Assembly (NCBI GenBank): GCA_022821085.1
Contig: JAJEEG010000006.1
Span: 1,073,330-1,137,329 of the forward strand
Length of the DNA: 64,000 nt
DNA from: Candidatus Latescibacterota bacterium
GTDB lineage: Bacteria > JAAXHH01
Reading direction: 5' to 3'
Within the stretch, counting starts at the first letter, position 1. Each line of letters opens with the position of its first letter. Under the pieces are notes generated by a model. That model worked only from the letters and a program-made list of their open reading frames with translations, searched no databases and was not told where the DNA came from. Positions 10,131-22,512 of the stretch are shown here, piece by piece. A program made the translations under genes and the position numbers.

Positions 10131-11752
10131 GCAATACCATCCCTTCAGTCCTGCTTCTGACTTGGGCCTGCCTGGCGATGCCGGTCCTGTCCGTTTCCTG
10201 CTCCGGGACCGCCCTTCCGGGGCGGCCGCACCCCGAAGAGAACGTCCTGCGGATCGCCGTGCCTTCGGATCCGCGATCGCTCGATCCGGCCATCGCCTAC
10301 GACGTGGTGACCTGGCCGCTGGTGCGCGCTTTGTTTCACGGCCTGATCGACTATGACGACGACCTGAACCTGGTACCCTGGCATGCGCGCTCGTGGACGA
10401 TCTCCGAGGATGGCCGGACCATTACCTTCAAGTTGCGCCCGGACATCCGCTTTTCGAACGGCCGGCCGTTGACCTCCGGGGATTTCGCCTGGTCCCTCGA
10501 ACGGATCCTGGATCCGGCCACCCGGTCCCCCGGGCAGGGATTCTACCGGAACATCGCCGGCGCGAAGGCGTTTCAGGACGGTTTGGCGGACCGGGTAGCG
10601 GGCCTGCGCACGCCCGATCCCGAGACACTGGTGATCGAGCTGGTCCATCCCGATCTGCCCTTCCTCTACTGCATGGCCATGCCCTTCGCGTACGCCGTAC
10701 CACGGGAGGAGGTGGAGCGGCGCGGGGAGACCTTCGGGCGGCATCCCGTCGGCGCGGGACCCTTCGTGCTGGCGGACTGGCAGCGCGGAACGCGCATGCG
10801 GCTCGAGAAGAGTCCGTCCTACTACCGCGCGGACGAGATCCGGCTGGAAGCCATCGAGCTTATGGTCGGCGGAGACGAGACCCTGCACATGATGATGTTC
10901 GAACGGGGCGAGCTGGACATCGCGAGCGTCACGTCGACGGGGATACCGGACGCCGACTTCATACGGGTAATGAAAGACCCCGTCCTACGCGATCGCGTCG
11001 CCCATCAACCCCTGAACGCCATCCAGTACCTCTCCATGAACACCGAGATGCCGCCTTTCGACCGGGTGAACGTGCGCAGGGCGGTCAACCACGCCATCGA
11101 CCGACAGCGGATCGTGCGCCTGATCAGCGATCGGGGCATCCTCGCCCGCGGCGTGCTGCCGCCCGGCATGCCGGGATTCAACGAGGAGCTCGAAGGATAC
11201 GGCCACGACCCGGAAAAGGCCCGCCGACTGCTTGCGGCGGCCGGTTATCCGGATGGATTCACCACCGAACTCATGATCACGGCCCAGAGCGGTATAGATA
11301 CCAAGATAGGACAGGCGGTGCAGCAGGACCTCGAGGAGGTCGGAATCACCGTGGAAATCAGGCCGGTCACCGGTCCGACGCGCATCGAAGCGACGGGCAG
11401 GCGGGGTACCGTGCCTTTCTCCACCTTCGGTTGGTACCAGGACTATCCGGATCCGAGCAATTTTCTCGACGTGTTGCTTAACGGTGATCGGATTACCGAG
11501 GTCAACAGCACCAACGTGGCGTTCTATGACAACGAATCGGTGAACACGCTGCTGAACGAGGCGTCCACCAGCACGGACCAGGGCCATCGCCTGGCACTCT
11601 ACCGTGAAGCGGAGCGACTGGTGGTGGAGGACGCGCCCTGGGTATTCCTGTACTACCCGCAGATGTACCTGCTCCGGCAACCCTGGCTCAAGGGGCTGAA
11701 GCTCAATCCGGTCTGGCCCATCCGCTACGAACTGATGTGGATCGAACCATGA
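10127..11752 (+). CDS. ABC transporter substrate-binding protein, family 5 (peptide/nickel; OppA/DppA-like), lipoprotein
   Basis: Start ATG overlaps stop of upstream permease (ATGA); lipobox LSVSC; family-5 SBP features RPDIRFSNGRPLTSGDFAWSLERILDP...; long ORF 9491-11752 in track is the same frame extended upstream spuriously. Confidence 0.85.
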   Translation: MSNTIPSVLLLTWACLAMPVLSVSCSGTALPGRPHPEENVLRIAVPSDPRSLDPAIAYDVVTWPLVRALFHGLIDYDDDLNLVPWHARSWTISEDGRTITFKLRPDIRFSNGRPLTSGDFAWSLERILDPATRSPGQGFYRNIAGAKAFQDGLADRVAGLRTPDPETLVIELVHPDLPFLYCMAMPFAYAVPREEVERRGETFGRHPVGAGPFVLADWQRGTRMRLEKSPSYYRADEIRLEAIELMVGGDETLHMMMFERGELDIASVTSTGIPDADFIRVMKDPVLRDRVAHQPLNAIQYLSMNTEMPPFDRVNVRRAVNHAIDRQRIVRLISDRGILARGVLPPGMPGFNEELEGYGHDPEKARRLLAAAGYPDGFTTELMITAQSGIDTKIGQAVQQDLEEVGITVEIRPVTGPTRIEATGRRGTVPFSTFGWYQDYPDPSNFLDVLLNGDRITEVNSTNVAFYDNESVNTLLNEASTSTDQGHRLALYREAERLVVEDAPWVFLYYPQMYLLRQPWLKGLKLNPVWPIRYELMWIEP

Positions 11753-11783
11753 AACACGGCCGAAACCATAGAAGGACCTCGCC

Positions 11784-12704
11784 ATGTTGAGCAGGATCCT
11801 GCGCCGCCTGGGATGGGCGGCCGTGATACTGTGGGGGACCACGGTGATCACGTTTCTGATCGTGCACGCGGTTCCGGCCGATCCGGTCCGGGTATACGCG
11901 GGGGCGAACGCGGATGCGGAGACGATCGAGCGGATCCGCACGGAAATGGGCTTCGATGATCCGCTCATCGTGCAGTACGGCCGCTACATCGGCAACCTGC
12001 TTCGGGGCGACCTCGGCACGTCCCTGGTGACGGGAGAACGGGTGCTCGACGCCCTCCTGGCGCGGTTTCCGGTAACCCTCTCCCTGGCACTGACGGCCGT
12101 ATGCCTGTGGATGCTGATGAGCGTGCCGCTGGGCGTCCTCACGGCGAAGTACCGCGGCCGGGCCATCGACCGGGCGGTGCTCATCGTTTCCCTGGTCGCC
12201 ATTTCCCTGCCGGTCTTCTGGCTGGCCCGCATGCTTCAGTACTACCTGGCCTACCGGACCGGCCTGTTTCCGGTGGCCGGATGGGCGGGCTGGACCCACA
12301 TCATCCTGCCGGCGGCGACGCTCGCCCTGGTGATTACAGGCTACTACGCCCGGCTCGTCCACACGAACATGGTGGAGGTGCTGAACGCCGATTACGTGCG
12401 CGTAGCCCGCGCCAAGGGGATCCCCGAGTACGTCGTCCTGTTCAAGCACGGGCTGCGGAACGCCGTCATCCCGGTCATTACCGTCCTCGGCCTCGACATG
12501 GCCGCGCTCATGGGCGGCGTGGTGTTTACCGAGAACGTCTTCGCCCTGCCCGGCCTGGGCGTCCTGGCCCTGCAGTCGGTCTTCAATCTCGACGTGCCCA
12601 TGATCATGGGCGTCGTGCTCTTCTCGGCCGCGATGGTGGTCTGCGCCAACATCCTGGTGGATTTCGTGTATATGTGGATCGATCCCAGGGTCGAGGGGAT
12701 GTAG
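11784..12704 (+). CDS. Peptide ABC transporter permease (OppB/DppB-like)
   Basis: MLSRILRRLGWAAVILWGTTVITFLIVHAVPADPVRVYAG... canonical OppB N-terminus and EAA-like region YVRVARAKGIPEYVVLFKHGLRNA. Confidence 0.85.
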   Translation: MLSRILRRLGWAAVILWGTTVITFLIVHAVPADPVRVYAGANADAETIERIRTEMGFDDPLIVQYGRYIGNLLRGDLGTSLVTGERVLDALLARFPVTLSLALTAVCLWMLMSVPLGVLTAKYRGRAIDRAVLIVSLVAISLPVFWLARMLQYYLAYRTGLFPVAGWAGWTHIILPAATLALVITGYYARLVHTNMVEVLNADYVRVARAKGIPEYVVLFKHGLRNAVIPVITVLGLDMAALMGGVVFTENVFALPGLGVLALQSVFNLDVPMIMGVVLFSAAMVVCANILVDFVYMWIDPRVEGM

Positions 12705-12810
12705 CGTTCGACGGCCCGGCGACGGCCCGCGATTGCCTGGTGATGGCCTGGCGATTGCCTGGCGACGGCCCGCGTCGCAGGTATTAACCGTAATACCGCC
12801 CGGAGCGTAT

Positions 12811-13434
12811 TCAGGAAAGCAGGGCCGAAGTCAGCAGGTCCACCACCAGGTCTTCTTCTTCGTACCCGTAGGCCAGCCACAACTGATTGTCGTCGTGTTC
12901 CAGGATCATCGTGGGGAACTTGTCGGCGTGGAGGGACCGGCGTAGCGCGAAGTCCTCGTGGAGCAGTTCATCGGTGCGGGCCGAGACGAGGTCCCTGGTG
13001 AAGCGCTGCATATCCAGGTTCAATTCGCCGGCAAGCTGCAAGAGGGTTTCCGCGTCCGACGGATTCCGCGCTTCGAGGTAGTAGGCCCGCTGGATGGCGT
13101 GAAACATCGCCCCGGTCCCGTTCGGCTTCTGCATCCCGGCGGCGATGGCCGCCCGGCAGGCCGGATAGGTCGATCGCCTGGGCTCGCAGTCCTTCCAGAA
13201 ATCCCAGTTGAATTCCGCGCCCGTCCGTTCGGCGACCAGCCGCCACTGGGACTGCACATAGGTCCGGGTTTCCTCCGGCATGGGTTCATCCGAATCCCGG
13301 GCCAGGCCGCCCATGACGTAGCGGATGGGGATTTCTGCCGGGAGCACGCCGGAAACCGCCTCCAACACCGGACTGAATCCCCAGCACCAGGAACACATGG
13401 GATCGGCGATGTAGTAAAGCACGTCGCGTTGCAT
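12811..13434 (-). CDS. DsbA-family thiol:disulfide oxidoreductase (FrnE-like)
   Basis: YYIADPMCSWCWGF CxxC active site in thioredoxin-fold context. Confidence 0.8.
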   Translation of the reverse strand: MQRDVLYYIADPMCSWCWGFSPVLEAVSGVLPAEIPIRYVMGGLARDSDEPMPEETRTYVQSQWRLVAERTGAEFNWDFWKDCEPRRSTYPACRAAIAAGMQKPNGTGAMFHAIQRAYYLEARNPSDAETLLQLAGELNLDMQRFTRDLVSARTDELLHEDFALRRSLHADKFPTMILEHDDNQLWLAYGYEEEDLVVDLLTSALLS

Positions 13435-13557
13435 GATCCACCGTCGCTTCCGTCGGTTGTGAGCATCTAAAAAACCTGTGCGAGTACCAGCACGGAACGT
13501 ATTATAGTGAAGCCAGGATCACCTTATCAAGAGAAGATAACACGAGGAGATGCGCAT

Positions 13558-14646
13558 ATGTTCAACGGACTGGGCATGGACATGGGAAACCTGTCTCGTT
13601 TGTCGCGCGCCAAGACGCGGTCCATATCGCCGGAAAACACGGACGGCGGAAAGGGCCGGGGCGGCATGGCCACGGAGGGCACCGGCGCCAATAACGCGCG
13701 GCACCTGGGGCAGGGCTGGAAGATTTCTCCATCCTTCGACATCGAAGCGGGGGAAACGCTGACGATGGCCGATATCGAAGGTTCCGGGGCCATTCAGCAT
13801 ATCTGGCTGACGCCCACCGGCCACTGGCGCTTCGCCATCCTGCGGATTTACTGGGATGACGAGGAGTGTCCGTCCGTGGAATGCCCCATGGGCGATTTCT
13901 TCGCCTGCGGGTGGAGTGAATACGCCCACGTGTCCTCGCTGGCCGTGTGCGTGAATCCGGCCAGCGCGTTCAACTGTTACTGGGAGATGCCCTTTCGCAA
14001 GCGTTGCCGCATCACGCTGGAGAATATCGCCGACGAGAAGATGCGCGTTTACTATCAGATCGACTACACGCTGACCGAGGTCCCCGACGACATCGGCTAC
14101 TTCCACGCGAGCTTCCGGCGGACGAACCCCGTACCGTACAAGGAAGTGTTCACCATTCTTGACGGCGTGCGGGGGCACGGCCACTACGTCGGCACCTATA
14201 TGGCGTGGGGATCCAACAGCAACGGATGGTGGGGCGAGGGCGAGATCAAGTTCTACATCGACGGCGACGACGAGTTCCCGACGATCTGCGGGACGGGCGT
14301 CGAGGACTACTTCTGCGGTTCGTACAACTTCGATATCGACGGCCGGTACGTGGAATATACCACCCCGTACGCGGGCATGCCCCAGGTCATCCGCCCCGAC
14401 GGCATGTACAAGTCCCAGCAGCGGTTCGGCATGTACCGGTGGCACGTGTCGGATCCGGTGCGGTTCGAGGAGGACCTGAAGGTAACCATCCAGGCGCTGG
14501 GCTGGCGGCAACTGCTCGGCTTTACCCAGGGCGGACCATACCAGGCGCTCCAGGACGATCTCGCTTCGGTGGCCTTCTGGTACCAGACCCTGCCGAGCGC
14601 ACCCTTCCCCGCGCTGCCCGACCGGGACCAGCTGGAAGTCATCTGA
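13558..14646 (+). CDS. DUF2961 / GH172-family protein
   Basis: N-terminus MFNGLGMDMGNLSRLSRAKTRSISPENTDGGKGRGG resembles the conserved start of DUF2961 proteins (recollection); GAGGAG SD 8 nt upstream; start moved to Met 13558. Confidence 0.65.
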   Translation: MFNGLGMDMGNLSRLSRAKTRSISPENTDGGKGRGGMATEGTGANNARHLGQGWKISPSFDIEAGETLTMADIEGSGAIQHIWLTPTGHWRFAILRIYWDDEECPSVECPMGDFFACGWSEYAHVSSLAVCVNPASAFNCYWEMPFRKRCRITLENIADEKMRVYYQIDYTLTEVPDDIGYFHASFRRTNPVPYKEVFTILDGVRGHGHYVGTYMAWGSNSNGWWGEGEIKFYIDGDDEFPTICGTGVEDYFCGSYNFDIDGRYVEYTTPYAGMPQVIRPDGMYKSQQRFGMYRWHVSDPVRFEEDLKVTIQALGWRQLLGFTQGGPYQALQDDLASVAFWYQTLPSAPFPALPDRDQLEVI

Positions 14647-14702
14647 CCGGGAGAGGAGTTACCAGCGGCAGAACGGCATGAATACCGGGCCGCGGGAGCA
14701 TA

Positions 14703-15956
14703 ATGGAACCGGAACAGCTTCAGTCGGTCCGCAGCCGGATCACCCACACCCTCTTCGTCACCCAGGCCCTCTTCGGCGCCACCCAGGTCGCGGCCTTCAC
14801 GGTGGTGCCCATCCTGGCGGCGCAGTTGTCCGACAGCGAGCGCATGACGGGCGTGCCCATGACCATCGCCTTTCTCGCGCGCTCGATCAGCGCCTTCCCC
14901 TTCGGCTGGATAATGGACCGCCTGGGCCGCCGCGCCGGGCTTACGGCCGGATACCTGTCGTCCCTGATCGCCGCCGCGGCCAGTTTCCTCAGCGTGGCCG
15001 TCCATTCCTTCGCGGGATTCTGCATAGCATCCTTTTTCGCCGGCATGGCGCGCAGCTCCAGCGAGCAGGCGCGGTTCATCGGCGCGGAGATTTACCCTGA
15101 ATCCGAACGGGCGCGCATCATCGGCCGTATCGTGTCCGCCGGCACCATCAGCGCTATCGGCGGCGCCATGATGGTGGCGCCCGCGGGGATCTGGATCGCG
15201 CAATACGGTTATCCTCCCATGTCGGGCCCTTTCGTCGTCGGCGTGGGCCTGAGCCTGGCGGCGGTCCTGCTTACCCTCTTCCTGGTCCGCCCCGACCCGC
15301 TGGACCTCGCGCGGCGCATCAAACCCTCCACCGAATCGGAAATCGACGCGTCGACCACCCGTCCCGTGCGGGAGATCCTCCGCAACGTGCACGTCCGGTA
15401 CGGGATCGCGGCCATGGTGATCGGCCAGTTCGTCATGACGCTGCTCATGGTGATTACGCCCCTGCACATGAGCCACCACGACCATGGCACGTGGCTGATC
15501 TCGTGGGTCATCATGGCGCACGCCATCGGCATGTTCGGCGTTTCAGGCATCACCGGGCGGCTCATCATGCGGTGGGGTCAGCACGCCATCGTGAAGTGGG
15601 GTGTGCTCATCCTCGTCGTATCCTGCGTGATCACTCCCGTTTCGCCCCGGTTCATCCCCCTGACGATCGCCCTCTTCCTCCTCGGCCTGGGGTGGAACTT
15701 CTGTTTTATCGCCGGCTCTTCCCTGCTTTCAAACGCGCTCGCGCCCCTGGAACGGGGCCGCGTGCAGGGCGTCAACGAGATGTTCATCGCGCTTTCGGCG
15801 AGTTCCGCCAGCCTGGTGACGGGATTCCTCTTCGAATCGGGCGGCATGCTGCTGCTGGCGGTGATCGGAACGATCATTTCGGTTGGGTTGGGCTGCTGCA
15901 GCCTGGTTTATTCAAGGAAAACAGGGCAGGGGACGCTGGCGGAGGCGGCGGGGTGA
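14703..15956 (+). CDS. MFS transporter
   Basis: 12-TM architecture, MFS motif region MDRLGRRAGL between TM2 and TM3. Confidence 0.85.
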   Translation: MEPEQLQSVRSRITHTLFVTQALFGATQVAAFTVVPILAAQLSDSERMTGVPMTIAFLARSISAFPFGWIMDRLGRRAGLTAGYLSSLIAAAASFLSVAVHSFAGFCIASFFAGMARSSSEQARFIGAEIYPESERARIIGRIVSAGTISAIGGAMMVAPAGIWIAQYGYPPMSGPFVVGVGLSLAAVLLTLFLVRPDPLDLARRIKPSTESEIDASTTRPVREILRNVHVRYGIAAMVIGQFVMTLLMVITPLHMSHHDHGTWLISWVIMAHAIGMFGVSGITGRLIMRWGQHAIVKWGVLILVVSCVITPVSPRFIPLTIALFLLGLGWNFCFIAGSSLLSNALAPLERGRVQGVNEMFIALSASSASLVTGFLFESGGMLLLAVIGTIISVGLGCCSLVYSRKTGQGTLAEAAG

Positions 15957-16034
15957 GGGCGGTGCGTAGAGCGGTGCCGGCCGGCTGAGTGCGGTGCTTC
16001 GAGCGGAGGCGGCCGGCTGAATGCGGCAGGCTCG

Positions 16035-17201
16035 CTACGCGGACTCCGGGCGGACCGGAGCGGGGATCTCGTCCACCGAGGCGCATCCCAGGTTGGCCAT
16101 GTTGACTTCGAGGTCGGCCTTCAGAATCTCGAAGGCGTGATCGCCGCCCGTCTTTCCGAAGGCGCCCACACCGTACATGAAGGCCCTGCCGAGCAGCACG
16201 AAATCAGCGCCCAGAGCGAGTGCCCGGATGATGTCCAGTCCGGTGCGCACCCCGCTGTCGAAGAGGATGCGGGCCCGACCATTGACCTGCCGGACGATGG
16301 GTGCCAGCGCGTCGATGGCGGCGAGCGTACCGTCGAACTGGCGCGCGCCGTGGTTCGAAACCTGGATGCCCTCCACACCGGCCGCTATTGCCCGCTCCGC
16401 GTCATCAGGGTGCATAATACCCTTCACGATTACCGGTCCGTCCCATAGATCGCGAACCTCACGGATATAGTCCCAGTCGAGTGTGCCGCCCAGCTCCTGG
16501 CCGACGTAACTCGCCACCTCGCCCATCTGCTTCGAATCGGCGTATTTTTCGATGGCCCTGAGCCTGGGCAGCCCGGCGAGCAGGGTCTGGATCGTCCAGG
16601 TGGGATGAATCAGCGCTTCGTACACGAATCCGGCCGTGATCCGCGGCGGCGTTTCCAGGCCCGCGCGGCTGGTCCGTTCCCTCCGGCTGCCCACGGGCAC
16701 GTCCGCCGTTACCGCGAGCGTATGGAAACCGGCGTCCATCGCGCGCTTCAACAGATCATCACGTATTTCGCGTCTCCGGGGCGGATAGAGCTGAAACCAG
16801 CCCATGTCGCCGACGAGCGGTCCGACCGTCTCGGGCGCCTGCGTGGCCACTGTGCTCAGGCAGTAAGGGAAGCGGTACTTCGCGGCCGTGGCGGCGAGGA
16901 TTAGCTCCGCCCGCGGCCACATGAGTCCGGTGAGTCCCACGGGCGCCATGCCGAAGGGTACGCTGTAGGTCCGGCCGAACAGCGTCGTGGTCAGATCGGG
17001 TTTCAGTTCGCCCTTCATGAAAACCGGGGCGAGCGTGACCTCCGCCATGCGTTCCAGGTTCCTGGCCACCGCGCGCTCATCCCCCGTGCCGCAGTCGAGG
17101 TACTCCCACGCGATGTGCGGCAGCCTTTTGCGCGTCCGCCTCCGAAGGTCGCTCACCGCGGGGTAGCGTTGCAGCCGCCGTTTGAATCGCTTTTCCGTCA
17201 T
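16035..17201 (-). CDS. FMN-dependent alpha-hydroxy-acid dehydrogenase (L-lactate dehydrogenase/glycolate oxidase family)
   Basis: AVSDLRRRTRKRLPHIAWEYLDCGTGDE..., VSNHGARQ, TIM-barrel FMN-binding family signature. Confidence 0.85.
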   Translation of the reverse strand: MTEKRFKRRLQRYPAVSDLRRRTRKRLPHIAWEYLDCGTGDERAVARNLERMAEVTLAPVFMKGELKPDLTTTLFGRTYSVPFGMAPVGLTGLMWPRAELILAATAAKYRFPYCLSTVATQAPETVGPLVGDMGWFQLYPPRRREIRDDLLKRAMDAGFHTLAVTADVPVGSRRERTSRAGLETPPRITAGFVYEALIHPTWTIQTLLAGLPRLRAIEKYADSKQMGEVASYVGQELGGTLDWDYIREVRDLWDGPVIVKGIMHPDDAERAIAAGVEGIQVSNHGARQFDGTLAAIDALAPIVRQVNGRARILFDSGVRTGLDIIRALALGADFVLLGRAFMYGVGAFGKTGGDHAFEILKADLEVNMANLGCASVDEIPAPVRPESA

Positions 17202-17346
17202 CCTCTTCGTTCCGATCCGGCAGGAAATGATCGGTTGATTTAGACCGTGGCACTACGTAATTTGCTACGGTTCCCGCGCCTCGAATTTTCCGGCGCGGAT
17301 CGTACCCCAAGATAAACGTACGCAACAAAAAGGCAAGGCGATCAGA

Positions 17347-19509
<2,163 letters not shown>

Positions 19510-19581
19510 TGTAAACGGGCGCGCAGGCCGGTTCCGGAGCGGATTCGGTTCAGTGACGATCCCCGCCGGCGGGTATTCTCC

Positions 19582-20658
19582 ATGAAGGACATCGTTCGCA
19601 TCGGCATGATCGGCGCCGGGCACATCGCCCATGCCCACGCGGAGGCGTGGCAAAAAGAAGCCACACTGACCGCGGTCGCCAGCCGCCGTATCGAAAGCGC
19701 TCGATCCCTGGCGGAACGGCATGGCATTCCCCACGTTTGCCGGGACGCCAATGAACTGTTGAATCGGGATGACATCGATGCGGTCGGCATCGCCACGACC
19801 CACCGCCTGCACCATCCCATTGCCCTCGCGGCCCTGGCGGCCGGGAAATCCGTGTTTTGCGAGAAGCCCCTCGCACTCGACGGCTCGCAGGCCCGGGAGA
19901 TGTGGGCCGATGCCCGGCGCAGGGCGGCGAAAACGGGCGTGCAATCGGGTATACGTCTCTTTCCGGCGCTCCGGCTCCTTTCCCGCCTGCTGCGGGAGGG
20001 ACGGGCCGGAAAGATCCATGCCTTCGACGCCCACTGGTCCTTCGACTGGGCCAGGGACCCCCGCTTTCCGCTGACCTGGCGGTTCAAACGGGCCGAGGCC
20101 GGAACCGGGACCCTGGGTGACCTGGGGGTGTACATGATCGACGCGGCCCGCTGGCTGGTCGGCGAGATCGGGCAGGTAAACGCTGAGCTGGCCGTGTACA
20201 TTCCGAGGCGTCCCCTGCTGACATCGGGCGAACACTTCGGCGAACTGCGGCGGCTGCATAGGGAGGGGGAGCTGGATATTCCCCTGGAGACGGGATGGGT
20301 GGAAAACGACGACGTCTGCCAGTTGCTTTTGAGGTTTGAAAACGGCGCCCGTGGGTCGATCCGGGCCAGCAGGCTCCACCAGGAACATTCCATCCGGGTA
20401 GACTGCGAGCGGTCCTCTTATCGCTGGCATATGACAGGAGACCGGCGCCTCATGGAACGGTCGACGGAAGCGGAATACACGCCCGTCGAGATGCCGGAAC
20501 CGCCTTGTGACGATACCATCGTGACGAATTTTCTCCATAACATACGAAGGGACGAGGACGAACCGCCCACGTTCCGGGACGGCCTGGCGGCCCAGCTCGT
20601 CATCGACGCGGCGGTCAGGTCCCACGAAACGGGCAGTTGGGTCGATGTCGGATGCTGA
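19582..20658 (+). CDS. Gfo/Idh/MocA-family NAD(P)-dependent oxidoreductase
   Basis: MKDIVRIGMIGAGHIAHAHAEAW Rossmann GxGxxA; EKPLALDG motif. Confidence 0.8.
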   Translation: MKDIVRIGMIGAGHIAHAHAEAWQKEATLTAVASRRIESARSLAERHGIPHVCRDANELLNRDDIDAVGIATTHRLHHPIALAALAAGKSVFCEKPLALDGSQAREMWADARRRAAKTGVQSGIRLFPALRLLSRLLREGRAGKIHAFDAHWSFDWARDPRFPLTWRFKRAEAGTGTLGDLGVYMIDAARWLVGEIGQVNAELAVYIPRRPLLTSGEHFGELRRLHREGELDIPLETGWVENDDVCQLLLRFENGARGSIRASRLHQEHSIRVDCERSSYRWHMTGDRRLMERSTEAEYTPVEMPEPPCDDTIVTNFLHNIRRDEDEPPTFRDGLAAQLVIDAAVRSHETGSWVDVGC

Positions 20659-20689
20659 GGCAGGATAGCAGGTCGGGTGCGGATCAGGT

Positions 20690-21505
20690 ATGAAACTGGA
20701 CTTTCTACTCATAACCGCGACGGAGAAGGAACAGGAGCCGGTCCGGGCACGGATGGAGATCTCCGGGACGGACCATCCCCTGGCCCGGCCCTGGCACCTG
20801 GGTTCGTTGTGCGGGAAGTCGGTGCTCCTGATCGAAGGCGGCGTGGGTCAGGTCAATACAGCCTCGGCCCTGACCCTGGCGCTGACCCGCCATGATCCCG
20901 CCGTGATCCTGCAATTCGGCGTAGGCGGCGCATACGAGCGGTCCGGTCTCGAAGTGGGTGACCTCGCCATTGCCACGGAGGAATGCTACGGCGATACCGG
21001 CGTCCTGACCCCGGAAGGCTGGATGGACCTGGAAAAGATGGGCTTTCCCATGCTTCCTCCCGCCCGGACCGGCGACCAGGGACAGCCCGACGCCGAAGGG
21101 CAGACCGTAGACAACGGGCAGACAGAGCGGGCACTCAGCAAGCCCCTGTACAACCGGATACCCCTCGACGCCACGCGGACCGAGCGCATCCTCCGATATC
21201 TTGAATCCGGACTGGAAGGCCGATCGTCGCACCAGGTCACCTCCGGGCCCTTCGTCACGGTGCAGCAGTGCAGCGGCGTCCAGGCGGCCGGAGATACGCT
21301 GGCCGCCCGTTTCGGGGGGATATGCGAGAACATGGAAGGCGCGGCGGCGGCCCACGTAGCCGAGGCCAACGGGATCCCCTTCGTGGAGATACGCGGCATC
21401 AGCAACAGGGTGGTCGACCGGGACCTGTCGCAATGGGATCTGCCCCGGGCGATCCGGCGCGGTCAGCAGGCGGTCGAACGAATCGTCGAACAGGGAGTTT
21501 CCTGA
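20690..21505 (+). CDS. mqnB: Futalosine hydrolase-like nucleosidase (PNP/MTA-nucleosidase fold), probable MqnB
   Basis: PNP_UDP_1-type fold (..GVGQVNTASALTLAL..., ..ENMEGAAAAHVAEANGIPFVEIRGISN..); immediately upstream of mqnD; contains ~45 aa insertion relative to typical short MqnB. Confidence 0.6.
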   Translation: MKLDFLLITATEKEQEPVRARMEISGTDHPLARPWHLGSLCGKSVLLIEGGVGQVNTASALTLALTRHDPAVILQFGVGGAYERSGLEVGDLAIATEECYGDTGVLTPEGWMDLEKMGFPMLPPARTGDQGQPDAEGQTVDNGQTERALSKPLYNRIPLDATRTERILRYLESGLEGRSSHQVTSGPFVTVQQCSGVQAAGDTLAARFGGICENMEGAAAAHVAEANGIPFVEIRGISNRVVDRDLSQWDLPRAIRRGQQAVERIVEQGVS

Positions 21506-21581
21506 TGCGCCGCACACTCCCGGTGCCTCCTTTTTTTAGTAGTTTATGCGACCTTGGTCCCGCTCGCAGAGGGGGTTCACC

Positions 21582-22409
21582 ATGACGGCCCTTTCTCTCG
21601 GCTATTCGCCCTGTCCCAACGACACCTTCATCTTCTGCGCCATGATCCAGGGGCGGATCCCCGATGCGCCGCGGTGCAGGGAAGTGCTGGAGGATATCGA
21701 GACCCTGAATACACTGGCCCTGAAGCGTGAACTGGACCTGACGAAAATCTCCTTTCACGCCTTCGGTCACCTTCGGGATCACTACGTCCTGCTCCGGCCA
21801 GGCGGAGCCCTGGGCAGGGGTTGCGGTCCGCTGGTGGTCGCGCGGGAACCGCAGCGGCCGGAAATGCTGAAAGGCCGGAAGATCGCCCTGCCCGGCCGGC
21901 TGACCACGGCGGCGCTGCTGCTGAGGCTCTTCGATCCCGGCCTGGACCGCCTGGTCTACCTGCCCTTCGACCAGATCATGCCGGCCTGCCGGCGAGGCGA
22001 AGTCGACGCCGGGGTGATCATTCACGAGAGCCGGTTCACCTTCGCCGAACACGGTCTATCCCAGGTGATCGATCTCGGTGCGTGGTGGGAGGAGGAAACG
22101 GGGCACCCGATTCCCCTGGGCGGTATCCTCGCGCGCAGGGATCTTGGCGGTGCCATGCACGAACGGCTCAACCGGTCGATACGATCGAGCATCGAATACG
22201 CATACGCCCATCCTGATGAAGTGAAGCCTTATATCCGGCGTCATGCCCAGGAGATGGATGAATCGGTCATGCAGCAACATATCGATCTCTATGTGAACCA
22301 GTACTCGCTGCAGTACGGCGAAGAAGGAGAAGCGGCAATTCGCGACCTGTTCGACCGGGCCGAACGGGCGGGTATCGTCCCGTCATCGAAGCATTTCCTG
22401 TTCGAGTAA
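21582..22409 (+). CDS. mqnD: 1,4-dihydroxy-6-naphthoate synthase (MqnD) of the futalosine menaquinone pathway
   Basis: N-terminal LSLGYSPCPNDTFIF signature of MqnA/MqnD family; start at internal Met 21582. Confidence 0.7.
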   Translation: MTALSLGYSPCPNDTFIFCAMIQGRIPDAPRCREVLEDIETLNTLALKRELDLTKISFHAFGHLRDHYVLLRPGGALGRGCGPLVVAREPQRPEMLKGRKIALPGRLTTAALLLRLFDPGLDRLVYLPFDQIMPACRRGEVDAGVIIHESRFTFAEHGLSQVIDLGAWWEEETGHPIPLGGILARRDLGGAMHERLNRSIRSSIEYAYAHPDEVKPYIRRHAQEMDESVMQQHIDLYVNQYSLQYGEEGEAAIRDLFDRAERAGIVPSSKHFLFE

Positions 22410-22512
22410 CGGCTATTATCGAATGCCGGCCACCGTCGAAACGCGGTCACCGTCACAAATCGGCCAGGCAGGACAACAACGCAGATTACCCAAAGCACGG
22501 AGAGGAATCACC

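Noticed and set aside
12811-13434. Sec-containing DsbA-like selenoprotein
   Set aside because: The active site is plain CSWC with no in-frame TGA, so it is an ordinary Cys-type DsbA-family protein.
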